DNA of 64,000 bases, taken from assembly GCA_965209155.1 (NCBI GenBank), contig OZ242383.1:3968001-4032000 (forward strand). The letters run 5' to 3'. Shown here piece by piece: positions 11,219 to 20,864 of the stretch; position 1 is the stretch's first letter; every line of letters starts with the position of its first letter. Under the pieces are notes generated by a model that was not told where the DNA came from, did not search any database, and saw only the letters and a list, made by a program, of their open reading frames with translations. The translations under genes and the position numbers were made by a program. Origin of the DNA: a bacterium (lineage in GTDB: Bacteria > SAR324 > NAC60-12).

Positions 11219-11262
11219 GTTTTGCCTCTGATGGGGGAATAGTTGCACAGAAAAAAAATAAA

Positions 11263-11440
11263 GAAGATATTGCCGCCAGACCGTGTGAAGCGCTTTTGTA
11301 CCTGTCTCTCCAGGTGGGATAACGTTTAAGAATTTCAGGCTTCCTTCATTGAAGGCATGCTCACCATTCTCAGGGACAAATCCCCTTACAATGCAATAAG
11401 GTAGCAAAAGAACTCATCACGAGAATCGCAGGAACATCTC
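11263..11440 (-). ncRNA. ssrS: 6S RNA
   Basis: ~180 nt downstream of zapA (conserved synteny); complementary ends gagatgttcctgc / gcggcaatatcttc; cccacct...aggt and cacggt elements typical of 6S. Confidence 0.75.
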
Positions 11441-11538
11441 CAGCAAATCATTGTTTTTTGTGTATATATCATAAGCGCTCCTTCAAATTCCCCCTGATAC
11501 CAGATGGTAACTTGCAAAAAGGACTCAAGATGCTTTCA

Positions 11539-11850
11539 TCAATTTTTTTTTTCGATAATGTGGTCTAATTGTTGACAGATAGACACCAAACTTTCTCGGG
11601 CAGACTCGGACATGTATTCTCTGTTACGCTGGATATTCAATAATTCGTCAGCTAAATTCAATGCAGTTAACACAGTCAAACTCATCAGATTAAAGGAATC
11701 TGAATTGGCTGCAACTTCATCAATTTTTTCACTGAGAAATGCTTCAACCCGGCGAATACGCTCTTCTGAGTATTTGCTGGAAACCGAAAATTGATGCCCT
11801 TTGATGTTGATTTTGAATTGTTTCAATTCATGTTGGAAATCATTCGCCAT
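11539..11850 (-). CDS. zapA: Cell division protein ZapA
   Basis: INIKG, VLTALNLADEL motif, coiled coil. Confidence 0.9.
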   Translation of the reverse strand: MANDFQHELKQFKINIKGHQFSVSSKYSEERIRRVEAFLSEKIDEVAANSDSFNLMSLTVLTALNLADELLNIQRNREYMSESARESLVSICQQLDHIIEKKN

Positions 11851-11980
11851 ACTATTAAAAAACTACTAACTAGTCATCACAAGTGCTATGGTTTAAGAAG
11901 CAAAAGTTAACAGTTTTTAGAGAGGAAAGCAACGTCCTTTTGATAAAATTTTTATAAAATCTGGTGGATGGGATCAAGTC

Positions 11981-12697
11981 ATGAAACACGCAAGAATTCC
12001 TCTTACTGCAGAGAGCAAACTGGAGTTTGCCGGATTGTTGATCATGCACCGGCTTGTTTCCGAGGGTGAGCGTATCCATTCTTCTTTTATGGAAAGCAAC
12101 GACCGACTGGTGGAACCCTACTTGGATACATTGGAAGACAAAGGTTTGGTGCAACGCGGTAGTGAATATTATTATGAACCTACCGAAAAGGGAAAACAGT
12201 TTTATCAAAAATTGATAGATCAAAGGCTTGCTTATGCCCAACACTTCGAAATTTATGAAAGGGTTGATCTGGAAACCGGAACTTTTGCCAATCCTCAAAC
12301 GGATTTTCTGGAAGATCAACGTTGGGCGGATCTGCGGGTTGCCGTTGCCGAATATAAAGGAGTGGATCCTTACTACATGGTTTTTTTAGCTATGCTCAGT
12401 GACGAACACTTCTTTGAAAACCACAACTGGCGATTTGATTTGGGGATGGGGAATCTATTTGAAGAAATGGAAAAAATCGTCCAGGAACAAATTTCCGAAG
12501 AAGATCTCGCATATGAAGATGAAGTAGGATTTGTTCCCGGACACGACGTATTGCAAGATGTTATCCATCAAGGAGATCAAATCAGCAAAAAACGCTTCAA
12601 AGCCCAACAAGAACGGGAAGCGCTGGAAGAAAGACGAGCATTGCGAGAAATGGAAGAAATATCAATTATAGACGAACCTGGATGGCTATGGAGATGA
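11981..12697 (+). CDS. Hypothetical acidic protein with winged-helix-like N-terminus
   Basis: Long ORF; LDTLEDKGLV...YEPTEKG is wHTH-like; overlaps the pepN start. Confidence 0.6.
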   Translation: MKHARIPLTAESKLEFAGLLIMHRLVSEGERIHSSFMESNDRLVEPYLDTLEDKGLVQRGSEYYYEPTEKGKQFYQKLIDQRLAYAQHFEIYERVDLETGTFANPQTDFLEDQRWADLRVAVAEYKGVDPYYMVFLAMLSDEHFFENHNWRFDLGMGNLFEEMEKIVQEQISEEDLAYEDEVGFVPGHDVLQDVIHQGDQISKKRFKAQQEREALEERRALREMEEISIIDEPGWLWR

Positions 12698-15345
12698 TGC
12701 AGCAAGAAGCCCCCCAACCGATTTTTCTGAAAGACTATAAGCCCTCCGATTATTTGATTGATCAGGTGGAATTGGATTTTGATTTGGGTGAAGAGGTGAC
12801 CCGGGTGAAGTCTCAATTGTCCGTGCGACGCAATGCATCGCAATCTCATCCAATCCCGCTTGTTTTGGATGGAGAAGCACTCTTCTTACGCGCCCTTCGT
12901 ATGGACGGTCGTGTTTTGGCAACAAGTGAGTATCGGGTTGACGAGAAAAGTTTACGTATCAATAAAGTTCCAAAGTCCTTTGTATTGGAAATTGAGACTG
13001 AGATAAAACCACAGGAAAACACGGCGTTGGAGGGACTTTACAAATCCAGTGGCAATTTTTGTACGCAATGTGAAGCCGAAGGATTCCGCCGGATCACGTA
13101 TTTTATTGATCGTCCTGATGTGATGGCCCGCTATAGCACTAAGATCACTGCCAATCAGGAAAAATATCCGGTTTTGCTTTCCAATGGAAATTTGCTCGAA
13201 AAAGGCTTACTACCAGATGGACGCCATTGGGTCAAATGGCAAGATCCCCATAAAAAACCATGCTACTTATTTGCCCTGGTTGCCGGAGATTTGGTTTGTC
13301 AGGAAGATTTCTTCATAACTTGTGGAGGCCGCAAGGTGACTTTGCGGATATTCGTTGAAAGAGTGAATGCTGATAAATGTGAGCACGCCCTTCGCTCGCT
13401 TAAAAAAGCAATGAAATGGGATGAAGAGGTTTATGGACGTGAGTACGATTTGGATGTCTATATGATTGTGGCAGTCAATGATTTCAACATGGGAGCCATG
13501 GAAAACAAAGGGCTCAATATATTCAATTCAAAATACGTGCTCGCTAAGCCGGAAACTGCAACGGATCAAGATTACAGTGCTATCGAAGGAGTGATTGCGC
13601 ACGAGTACTTTCACAATTGGACAGGAAACCGGATCACCTGTCGAGATTGGTTTCAACTGAGCCTGAAAGAAGGGCTGACAGTATTCCGGGATCAATGTTT
13701 TTCGGCAGATATGGCATCGTCCACAGTGCAAAGGATTAACGATGTGCGTGGACTGCGAACTGTGCAGTTTGCAGAAGATGCGGGGCCCATGGCCCATCCG
13801 ATTCGCCCGGAATCTTATATGACCATCAACAATTTTTATACTACGACCGTTTACAATAAAGGCGCGGAAGTAATACGCATGATGCACCAAATCTTGGGCA
13901 CCAAGGGATTTCGACTTGGTATGGATCTGTATTTTGAGCGCCACGACGGACAAGCCGTCACTACGGATGATTTTGTAAAGGCGATGGAAGACGCGAATGG
14001 AATCGATCTAATTCAATTTCGTAATTGGTACAGCCAAGCCGGGACACCGGAAGTGGTTGTGCAAACCGATTATGATACCTCTGGAAAAACTTATAGACTG
14101 ACTTTTCAACAGTCCTGTGAACCCACACCGAATCAACCCCATAAACAACCTTTTCACCTACCCATTGCCATGGGACTTCTCGATCCGGAAGGGAACGACT
14201 TCCCCCTTCAACTAGCAGGAGAAGATCGGCCGACGGCCTCCACCACTCGGGTGTTGAATCTTCGGCAACCGAAAGAGTCATACCTCTTTGTTGGCATAGA
14301 TCAGAAGCCGGTGCCGTCCCTGCTACGAGGGTTTTCTGCCCCCGTAAAGTTACGTTTTGATTATTCGGATGAAGAATTGGCTTTTCTAATGGCAAATGAC
14401 CATAATCTTTTCAACCGTTGGGAAGCCGGACAACGACTTGCCATCAAAACGATGCTGGAATTGGTGGCCGACTACCAACAACAAAAATCTTTGCTGCTCA
14501 ATCAGTCGTTTTTGTCAGCATTCCGTAAGATTCTCACTGCTCCTGCGCAGGATAATTCGTTGATAGCAGAAATCCTGAGTTTGCCTTCGGAATCCTACCT
14601 GGCAGAAATGATGGAGGTGATCGACGTGGACGCTATTCATCATGTGCGGGAATTTGTGAGGTTATCTCTGGCTCGAGAATTTGAAGACGCATTTTTTGAT
14701 ATCTACCACAAGAACCGGGAAGCAGGACACTATCGGCTTGACACCGACGCGATGGCCAATCGTCGTTTGAAAAACACCAGTCTTTCTTACCTTGCCCTAT
14801 TAAATGACCCAATCGTCTATAAACATTCACTGGAACAGTTCCGGTTTGCAGGCAATATGACAGACACACTGGGAGCGCTTTATGTCTTGGTTCTCAACAA
14901 ATCGCCTCATCGGGACCAGGTTTTGTCCGAATTTTATGAAACCTGGCAAGCCGATCCTCTAGCGGTAAACAAATGGTTTTCTGTCCAGGCTTTGGCTCCT
15001 TTTCCCGGGACTATGCAGAAGGTAAAAAAATTAATGGACCATCCTGCATTTGAGATAAAAAATCCCAATAATGTGCAGGCCCTGATTGGTACGTTCAGCA
15101 GTGGCAATCCTTTGTGTTTTCATGAATTGAGTGGAATGGGTTATCAATTTATAGCAGATTGCGTTTTACAACTCGATGCGCTCAATCCCCAAATTGCTGC
15201 GCGTTTGTCTGTGAGTTTGAGCCGCTGGCAGCGATATGATTTGCAACGACAGGAAGGGATGAAATGCCAATTGGAACGCATCGCGCGAGCTTCGAAGTTA
15301 TCCAAAGATGTATATGAAATTGTGAGAAAAAGCCTGGCATCTTGA
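12682..15345 (+). CDS. pepN: Aminopeptidase N (M1)
   Basis: TQCEAEGFRRIT, GAMENKGLN, HEYFHNWTGNR...KEG. Confidence 0.97.
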   Translation: MAMEMMQQEAPQPIFLKDYKPSDYLIDQVELDFDLGEEVTRVKSQLSVRRNASQSHPIPLVLDGEALFLRALRMDGRVLATSEYRVDEKSLRINKVPKSFVLEIETEIKPQENTALEGLYKSSGNFCTQCEAEGFRRITYFIDRPDVMARYSTKITANQEKYPVLLSNGNLLEKGLLPDGRHWVKWQDPHKKPCYLFALVAGDLVCQEDFFITCGGRKVTLRIFVERVNADKCEHALRSLKKAMKWDEEVYGREYDLDVYMIVAVNDFNMGAMENKGLNIFNSKYVLAKPETATDQDYSAIEGVIAHEYFHNWTGNRITCRDWFQLSLKEGLTVFRDQCFSADMASSTVQRINDVRGLRTVQFAEDAGPMAHPIRPESYMTINNFYTTTVYNKGAEVIRMMHQILGTKGFRLGMDLYFERHDGQAVTTDDFVKAMEDANGIDLIQFRNWYSQAGTPEVVVQTDYDTSGKTYRLTFQQSCEPTPNQPHKQPFHLPIAMGLLDPEGNDFPLQLAGEDRPTASTTRVLNLRQPKESYLFVGIDQKPVPSLLRGFSAPVKLRFDYSDEELAFLMANDHNLFNRWEAGQRLAIKTMLELVADYQQQKSLLLNQSFLSAFRKILTAPAQDNSLIAEILSLPSESYLAEMMEVIDVDAIHHVREFVRLSLAREFEDAFFDIYHKNREAGHYRLDTDAMANRRLKNTSLSYLALLNDPIVYKHSLEQFRFAGNMTDTLGALYVLVLNKSPHRDQVLSEFYETWQADPLAVNKWFSVQALAPFPGTMQKVKKLMDHPAFEIKNPNNVQALIGTFSSGNPLCFHELSGMGYQFIADCVLQLDALNPQIAARLSVSLSRWQRYDLQRQEGMKCQLERIARASKLSKDVYEIVRKSLAS

Positions 15346-15355
15346 GTATTATAAT

Positions 15356-15917
15356 TGATCTCATTAAACCACCAGCTCTGCTGGTGCGAACCTAATAAGC
15401 TTTGCCGGTCAGACATGAGAAACGTATCCGTGTCCGTTAGCCGTGCTCGTGCTCGTGAACGGTCAGTGAATTCGACGGCACATTTTGGTTAACATAGAAA
15501 CAATGCGATGAAGTAACTGTTTCCCTTCGTCAAATAAAGGAGGCTGGATGATCTTCAACACGTTTAAAACATCGAGAATAGCAGCGCATTCCATTGCGGA
15601 ACCTCGGGCAAATGCATAGAATCGTTGCTTGTCAGCAAAGGAATTTTTTCCACAGCCTTCTGCGATATTGAGAGGAATCGACCATGAGGCCCTTTTCAGT
15701 TGGTCAACTAAGGCTGAGTATCCTTTTGGCAATGTTTCGTTGACTTGGACAGATAACGCTAAAAATTCGATGGAACATTGGTATACATCGAGTTTTTCAT
15801 GATCTAACATGGCAGCCTTTTTCGTTCACGAGCACGAGCACGTCTTACGATGACGAACACGTTTTGCCCTCATACTGGGGGCCTCTTCAAGCCACCGGCT
15901 CTGCCGGTGGTGATGAC
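15356..15917 (+). mobile_element. Non-autonomous IS200/IS605-type element, copy 1 (562 bp)
   Basis: Preceded by TAAT; left hairpin TAAA-c-caccagc-tct-gctggtg; right hairpin CAAG-ccaccggc-tct-gccggtgg; ends TGAC; four near-identical copies in the window. Confidence 0.85.
15463..15810 (-). CDS. Four helix bundle protein (23S rRNA IVP / bAvd-like)
   Basis: HEKLDVYQ, DQLKRASWSIPLNIAEG, ARGSAMEC family motifs. Confidence 0.92.
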   Translation of the reverse strand: MLDHEKLDVYQCSIEFLALSVQVNETLPKGYSALVDQLKRASWSIPLNIAEGCGKNSFADKQRFYAFARGSAMECAAILDVLNVLKIIQPPLFDEGKQLLHRIVSMLTKMCRRIH

Positions 15918-15923
15918 TTTAAT

Positions 15924-16479
15924 TAATCTCATTAAACCACCAGCTCTGCTGGTGCGAACCTAATTGGCTTTGCCGGTCAGACATGAGAAAGGTATCCGTG
16001 TCCGTTAGCCGTGCTCGTGAACGGTCAGTGAATTCGACGGCACATTTTGGTTAACATAGAAACAATGCGATGAAATAACTGTTTCCCTTCGTCAAATAAA
16101 GGAGGCTGGATGATCTTCAACACGTTTAAAACATCGAGAATAGCAGCGCATTCCATTGCGGAACCTCGGGCAAATGCATAGAATCGTTGCTTGTCAGCAA
16201 AGGAATTTTTTCCACAGCCTTCTGCGATATTGAGAGGAATCGACCATGAGGCCCTTTTCAGTTGGTCAACTAAGGCTGAGTATCCTTTTGGCAATGTTTC
16301 GATGACTTGGACAGATAACGCTAAAAATTCGATGGAACATTGGTATACATCGAGTTTTTCATGATCTAACATGGCAGCCTTTTTCGTTCACGAGCACGAG
16401 CACGTCTTACGATGACGAACACGTTTTGCCCTCATCCTGGGGGCCTCTTCAAGCCACCGGCTCTGCCGGTGGTGATGAC
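15924..16479 (+). mobile_element. Non-autonomous IS200/IS605-type element, copy 2 (556 bp)
   Basis: Same ends, preceded by TAAT at 15920-15923; one GCTCGT hexamer fewer than copy 1. Confidence 0.85.
16025..16372 (-). CDS. Four helix bundle protein, second intact copy
   Basis: Two amino-acid differences from copy 1. Confidence 0.92.
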   Translation of the reverse strand: MLDHEKLDVYQCSIEFLALSVQVIETLPKGYSALVDQLKRASWSIPLNIAEGCGKNSFADKQRFYAFARGSAMECAAILDVLNVLKIIQPPLFDEGKQLFHRIVSMLTKMCRRIH

Positions 16480-16489
16480 TTACTAAATT

Positions 16490-16701
16490 TAACCTGAGTT
16501 CAAGATAAGCATTTAATCAATTCAATATGTTATGGAATCTTCATCTTAGAGAATCCTTGTCATTCCTGGCTTGACCAGGAATTTTGAGGTATGCAGCCAG
16601 CCGGAATTCTGGATCCCTCCCGGACTCGATCCGGGATCACGCGAGGACGACATATACACCAGGATTCTCCTTTATTGAAGATTTATTTCGATCTCAGGCT
16701 A
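16490..16701. repeat. MITE-like element containing REP-like hairpins
   Basis: Imperfect terminal IR (TAACCTGAGTTCAAGATAA vs TAGCCTGAGATCGAAATAA, 15/19); left part recurs at 43634-43713; internal hairpins recur at 61046-61155. Confidence 0.6.
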
Positions 16702-16913
16702 ATTCAGTATTCTTTCCCGGTGTTGAAGTTAGTAAAAAGTGTTAATATTGATTTGAAAAAATAACTCAGAATTTAATAAACCATAGTTGAACTTTGATTT
16801 GTTGATTCATAGGTTTCAAATTTACTATTTGTCTGGCAGGGAATGGTCCGGCAATTGGAAAATCAACCTCAAAACATAAGAATTTTCCACTAAGCATTCG
16901 CATAAGAAAAGAG

Positions 16914-17348
16914 ATGATGAATGAGTATGTTAAAGATCGGCTGTTGCGTGAACAACATGAAATAAATAAGAAGTTGCTGGAAGTTCAAAATCGTACGCCC
17001 TATGTGAGCACATCCACCAAAGAGTGTCAGCCTCCTGTAAATGAACCGGTTTATGACCTTTATTGGCAGCAGGAATTACTGCATTTAAAGCTCGAACTCC
17101 CCGGTGTTTCAGAAGAAAATATTACGGTGGACCTCACCCCCAACTATTTGAGAATCACTGGTAAAGTCAACGAAATAAAAAATCGAGAACAGGCGGAATT
17201 TCTTATTTCCAAATGCAAGCAAGGCCCTTTTGAATACTTGCTCAATCTGCCAACTCCGCAGATGATGACTACCCGACCACCGGAACTGAAAAATGGTGTG
17301 TTGTACATACAACTCAAATTAAATAATGAGAGTGATGAGAATCGCTGA
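16914..17348 (+). CDS. Hsp20/alpha-crystallin family protein
   Basis: ELPGVSEENI, LRITG, LKNGVLYI motifs. Confidence 0.8.
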   Translation: MMNEYVKDRLLREQHEINKKLLEVQNRTPYVSTSTKECQPPVNEPVYDLYWQQELLHLKLELPGVSEENITVDLTPNYLRITGKVNEIKNREQAEFLISKCKQGPFEYLLNLPTPQMMTTRPPELKNGVLYIQLKLNNESDENR

Positions 17349-17365
17349 GGCAAATACCGTTCTGT

Positions 17366-17442
17366 CGGGGTGTGGCGCAGTCTGGTAGCGCGCATCGTTC
17401 GGGACGATGAGGTCGCTGGTTCGATCCCAGTCACCCCGACCA
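17366..17442 (+). tRNA. tRNA-Pro(CGG)
   Basis: Cloverleaf with CGGGGTG/CACCCCG acceptor stem, anticodon loop TTCGGGA, GGTTCGA T-loop, encoded CCA. Confidence 0.97.
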
Positions 17443-17597
17443 AATATTTATGGTAATCCGTGATTTTCATTTAATCAATTCCTCTTTCCAAGATTCGATG
17501 GCGGAAATGAAATTTCAGCTCTAAGAAGTGCGTTCCTGGGAATCACATTATCAGGGCAACAGTAGCAAATTCAGATGAATTCATCCTTTTAACCTCT

Positions 17598-18419
17598 TTG
17601 TTGATGATTCCAGACAAATTCCGGTCGTCCCATGAAATGAAGAAAGAGACACTGAATCCGGATGAGGTCCATTTATGGTTTGTGTTCCCCGAAGAAATTC
17701 AGACTCCTGATCTGCTATCCGCATACCAACAGTTATTGAGCAAAGATGAGAAAGTTAAAAAACAGCGTATTCGTTATGAGAGATTGAGACATCAATACTT
17801 GATTTCACGTGCCTTTGTCCGTACTACCTTATCTCGCTATTGCTCCACTCACCCAGCCGAGTGGAGCTTCTATAAAAATAAGCACGGTCGACCTGAAATC
17901 ATTCCAAGAAGGGATGCACCTGAATTGCGCTTCAATCTCTCCCATACACGCGGTTTGATGAGCTGTGGAGTGGCATTGCGAGAGGATATCGGGGTAGATG
18001 TGGAAGAGATATGCCAACGAAAAATCTTGTTGGAAATTGCTCAAAAACATTTTTCTGCCAGGGAGGTAGATGATTTATCCAATCTCTTACCCCATCAACA
18101 GAAAGATCGCTTTTTTGATTACTGGACTCTCAAGGAATCTTATATCAAGGCTCGTGGTAGGGGTTTGTCTCTGCCTCTCAATCGATTCTGTTTTCAACTT
18201 TCCCCAAGCCGGTCTCTCAGCATCTTTTTCGATCCCGGTCTTCGGGAAAATTCAAAGGACTGGCAATTCTGGTTGCTGAAACCAACTCCCCAGCACAAAG
18301 CGAGCGTTGCAATCCATCGCCAAACAAATTTCAGGTATTCGCTGGTGATTCGACAAATTGTCCCTTTGTCAATCTCGCGACCGATGGCTTGTCCAATACT
18401 CCAACAATCCCGGAACTAA
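17598..18419 (+). CDS. 4'-phosphopantetheinyl transferase (Sfp-type)
   Basis: GRP, FNLSHT, IGVDVE, WTLKESYIKARG. Confidence 0.92.
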   Translation: MLMIPDKFRSSHEMKKETLNPDEVHLWFVFPEEIQTPDLLSAYQQLLSKDEKVKKQRIRYERLRHQYLISRAFVRTTLSRYCSTHPAEWSFYKNKHGRPEIIPRRDAPELRFNLSHTRGLMSCGVALREDIGVDVEEICQRKILLEIAQKHFSAREVDDLSNLLPHQQKDRFFDYWTLKESYIKARGRGLSLPLNRFCFQLSPSRSLSIFFDPGLRENSKDWQFWLLKPTPQHKASVAIHRQTNFRYSLVIRQIVPLSISRPMACPILQQSRN

Positions 18420-18499
18420 AGGTTTTGTTGGAATACATTGATTGGATCGAACTGTCGTTTTTTTGCGGAGTATGCGCATTAAATAGTCGAATGGAAGTG

Positions 18500-19588
18500 T
18501 TAGTGAGATGGATTGGTATAGGTCGTTTTAGGGTTCAAGATGTTGGGATTGCCATCCAAAATGTAGTTTTGAGCCGCCTTCCATTGATTATCGGTACTTA
18601 TTGGAGATTCGATTTCAAATCCTGCATCTTTTATCATTTGAATGGTTTTGTTCGCCTTGTGACCTCTTGTAACCAAGTAGCCTTCTATGAACAATGAATT
18701 TGCCGGATAAAGCGCCAATGCCTGTAAATCCCTCAAATGCCCTTCGCGCCCCCCTCCAATCCGTATTTCGACCTCTGGATTCGTAAACCGAAACATGCAA
18801 AGGATTTTTAAACACCGGAGAGGGGTCAGTTGATTGAAATCGTAAAGAGGATTTCCCGGGATTGGAACCAAAAAATTAATTGGAATGGAGGGTACCTTCA
18901 TTTTTCTGAGTTCATAGGCGACATCTAAGATATCTTGGTTTGTTTCTCCCATTCCGACTATCATACCACTGCACAACTCGAGTCGAGCTTCTTTCGCTGA
19001 TTTCAGAGTTTCCACTCTGTCTCTGAAGCTATGGGTGGTGACGATGTCAGGAGTATGTCTTTCACTCGTGTTCAAATTATGATTGAGACGATCCAACCCG
19101 GCGTCTTTTAAAATTTTTGCCTGAACTTTACTGATAATTCCCACAGACAGACAGGTTTTGATTCCCACTTCTTGGTTGATTCTTTTTATTGCACTGGCCA
19201 GACGAAGTACTCTTTTATTGGTAGGTCCTCTCCCGCTCGAGACCATACAATAGCGATACGCGCCACGTTGTTTTGCTTCATGCGCTTCACGGACAATCTC
19301 GTCTTCTTCCTTTAAGGGATATTTTTTAATGGGTGCCGTGGTGATTTTCGATTGTCCGCAATATCCGCAATCCTCGGGACACAGACCATTTTGGATATTA
19401 TTGATTTGATGTAACTTCACTCGTCGGCCGTAAAATTTCATGCGCACTCGACCTGCCGCATAGACCAATGGCAAAATGTCGACACACTCATCTTCCAGGA
19501 TGGATTGGGCATCTTCACGAGGGAAAATATCATCCTTGAGCGACCGTTCTACCCATTTTTCCAGCTTTTCATTCTTCTCAGGCCGCAT
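18500..19588 (-). CDS. bioB: Biotin synthase
   Basis: CPEDCGYCGQS, NHNLNTS, CSGMIVGMGE, PINFL; RBS before ATG 19588. Confidence 0.93.
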   Translation of the reverse strand: MRPEKNEKLEKWVERSLKDDIFPREDAQSILEDECVDILPLVYAAGRVRMKFYGRRVKLHQINNIQNGLCPEDCGYCGQSKITTAPIKKYPLKEEDEIVREAHEAKQRGAYRYCMVSSGRGPTNKRVLRLASAIKRINQEVGIKTCLSVGIISKVQAKILKDAGLDRLNHNLNTSERHTPDIVTTHSFRDRVETLKSAKEARLELCSGMIVGMGETNQDILDVAYELRKMKVPSIPINFLVPIPGNPLYDFNQLTPLRCLKILCMFRFTNPEVEIRIGGGREGHLRDLQALALYPANSLFIEGYLVTRGHKANKTIQMIKDAGFEIESPISTDNQWKAAQNYILDGNPNILNPKTTYTNPSH

Positions 19589-20864
19589 CGAGTTGTCCCT
19601 CCTCATCAAACAGGAAAGGTGCGGGAGCACTCAACGCCTCCATTTGTGGATGAGATTTTACTTGCTCCAGCAGGGGTTCGGAAACCATGATATCCGTGAC
19701 CTCAAGGGTGTTTTTGATGCGCACGATTTTACAATCCAAAGGCTCCACACGCATACATGTTTTGACAGCGAGTTGCACAGCTTCTTTTGAAGTATTCATA
19801 ATGATCGGAATTGCTCCTCCTCTCAAAGCGGCCGAAGTGATCACATTGGCATAAGTGGACTCGATGTCGACTTGCCGATACAGCTTCATGGTGATCACAT
19901 CAGCCCCACCTAAGCCGGTGGCATTGCCTTTGGTTTCCCTGGTCAAGTCGAGCAGCACAATCTTTTGAATGGAAGGACCTCCCCAACCCGGAACACCTTT
20001 GTTACCTGTGACATTAGGATCAAAGCCGGCCCCGCTGATATTCTTACCGATCTCATCGATGACCAGCACGTCAATTTGATCGAATAGCAATCTACCCATC
20101 ATCTGCTTCGATTTTGCCTGCAAATCGATTTCTCGCTCAAATAGGGATTCCACGGGAATGGCCTCCACAATGGTAGTTTCGTCAAGAGCATTTTCCACTA
20201 ATCCTATACCAAATAGAAAAGGGCGCTCCTTAATTATTACCTCAGCCACTTGAGGAAGTACTTTTGGAAAGGTGCTCATACCATGATGGTGGTATGTAGT
20301 GGCGGCTTTGATCTTTCCCATGCCAATGGACATCATTTTTACAATACCGCTTTCGATTGATCCGCGATAAGAAGTGTGGGGTTTGATGCGATTGATCAGT
20401 ACTATTCCATCGGCCTCTGCTGCGTATTTGTCAATAAAAACTGGTGTCCCATCCGCCAGACTGGGCAACTCGACTGTGTCCATGGTGGCTCGAACCGGAC
20501 AGTCCATGCTTTCATCACTAATTCCATATCCTGCCAGAACTCCTCGCTGTCCTTCTGCCGTCGCTCCACCATGGCTACCCATGGCCGGAAAAATAAAAGG
20601 ATGGGCTCCTCGTTTTTTTATTTCTGCAACCACTGTTTTCGTCACAAGCGCGATGTTGGCCACACCTCGACTACCGCAACCAACGGCAATTGATTCGCCG
20701 GATTTAATTTTTGAGGCGATATCTTCACGAAGAAATTCGGTCCGCAAGGCACCTTCGATGTCATTAATGCGAGTTGTATCAAATTGAACTTTCACGGGCA
20801 TCATATTTGGAAGTGGGAAGTTCAATCCACCTGAAATATTTGTTTTAATGTTTTCACCAATCAT
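19578..20864 (-). CDS. Lactate-racemase-like N-terminal domain (LarA/DUF362-type) protein
   Basis: GSRGVANI, PAMGSHGGATAEGQ, NRIKPHT, GKNISGAG motifs. Confidence 0.75.
   Translation of the reverse strand: MIGENIKTNISGGLNFPLPNMMPVKVQFDTTRINDIEGALRTEFLREDIASKIKSGESIAVGCGSRGVANIALVTKTVVAEIKKRGAHPFIFPAMGSHGGATAEGQRGVLAGYGISDESMDCPVRATMDTVELPSLADGTPVFIDKYAAEADGIVLINRIKPHTSYRGSIESGIVKMMSIGMGKIKAATTYHHHGMSTFPKVLPQVAEVIIKERPFLFGIGLVENALDETTIVEAIPVESLFEREIDLQAKSKQMMGRLLFDQIDVLVIDEIGKNISGAGFDPNVTGNKGVPGWGGPSIQKIVLLDLTRETKGNATGLGGADVITMKLYRQVDIESTYANVITSAALRGGAIPIIMNTSKEAVQLAVKTCMRVEPLDCKIVRIKNTLEVTDIMVSEPLLEQVKSHPQMEALSAPAPFLFDEEGQLDAA

Noticed and set aside
15420..15864. CRISPR array or true 23S rRNA intervening sequence
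   Set aside because: The hexamers have no spacers, there are no cas genes and no rRNA sequence flanks the gene
15463..16372. Diversity-generating retroelement (Avd-like genes plus near-identical repeats)
   Set aside because: No reverse transcriptase in the window; differences between copies are not adenine-specific; the repeats are whole elements, not a TR/VR pair
17366..17442. tRNA-Pro as integration site of the accessory block
   Set aside because: No integrase and no repeat of the tRNA 3' end noticed in the window
17598..18419. Secondary-metabolite cluster around the Sfp-type PPTase
   Set aside because: No NRPS, PKS or carrier-protein genes nearby
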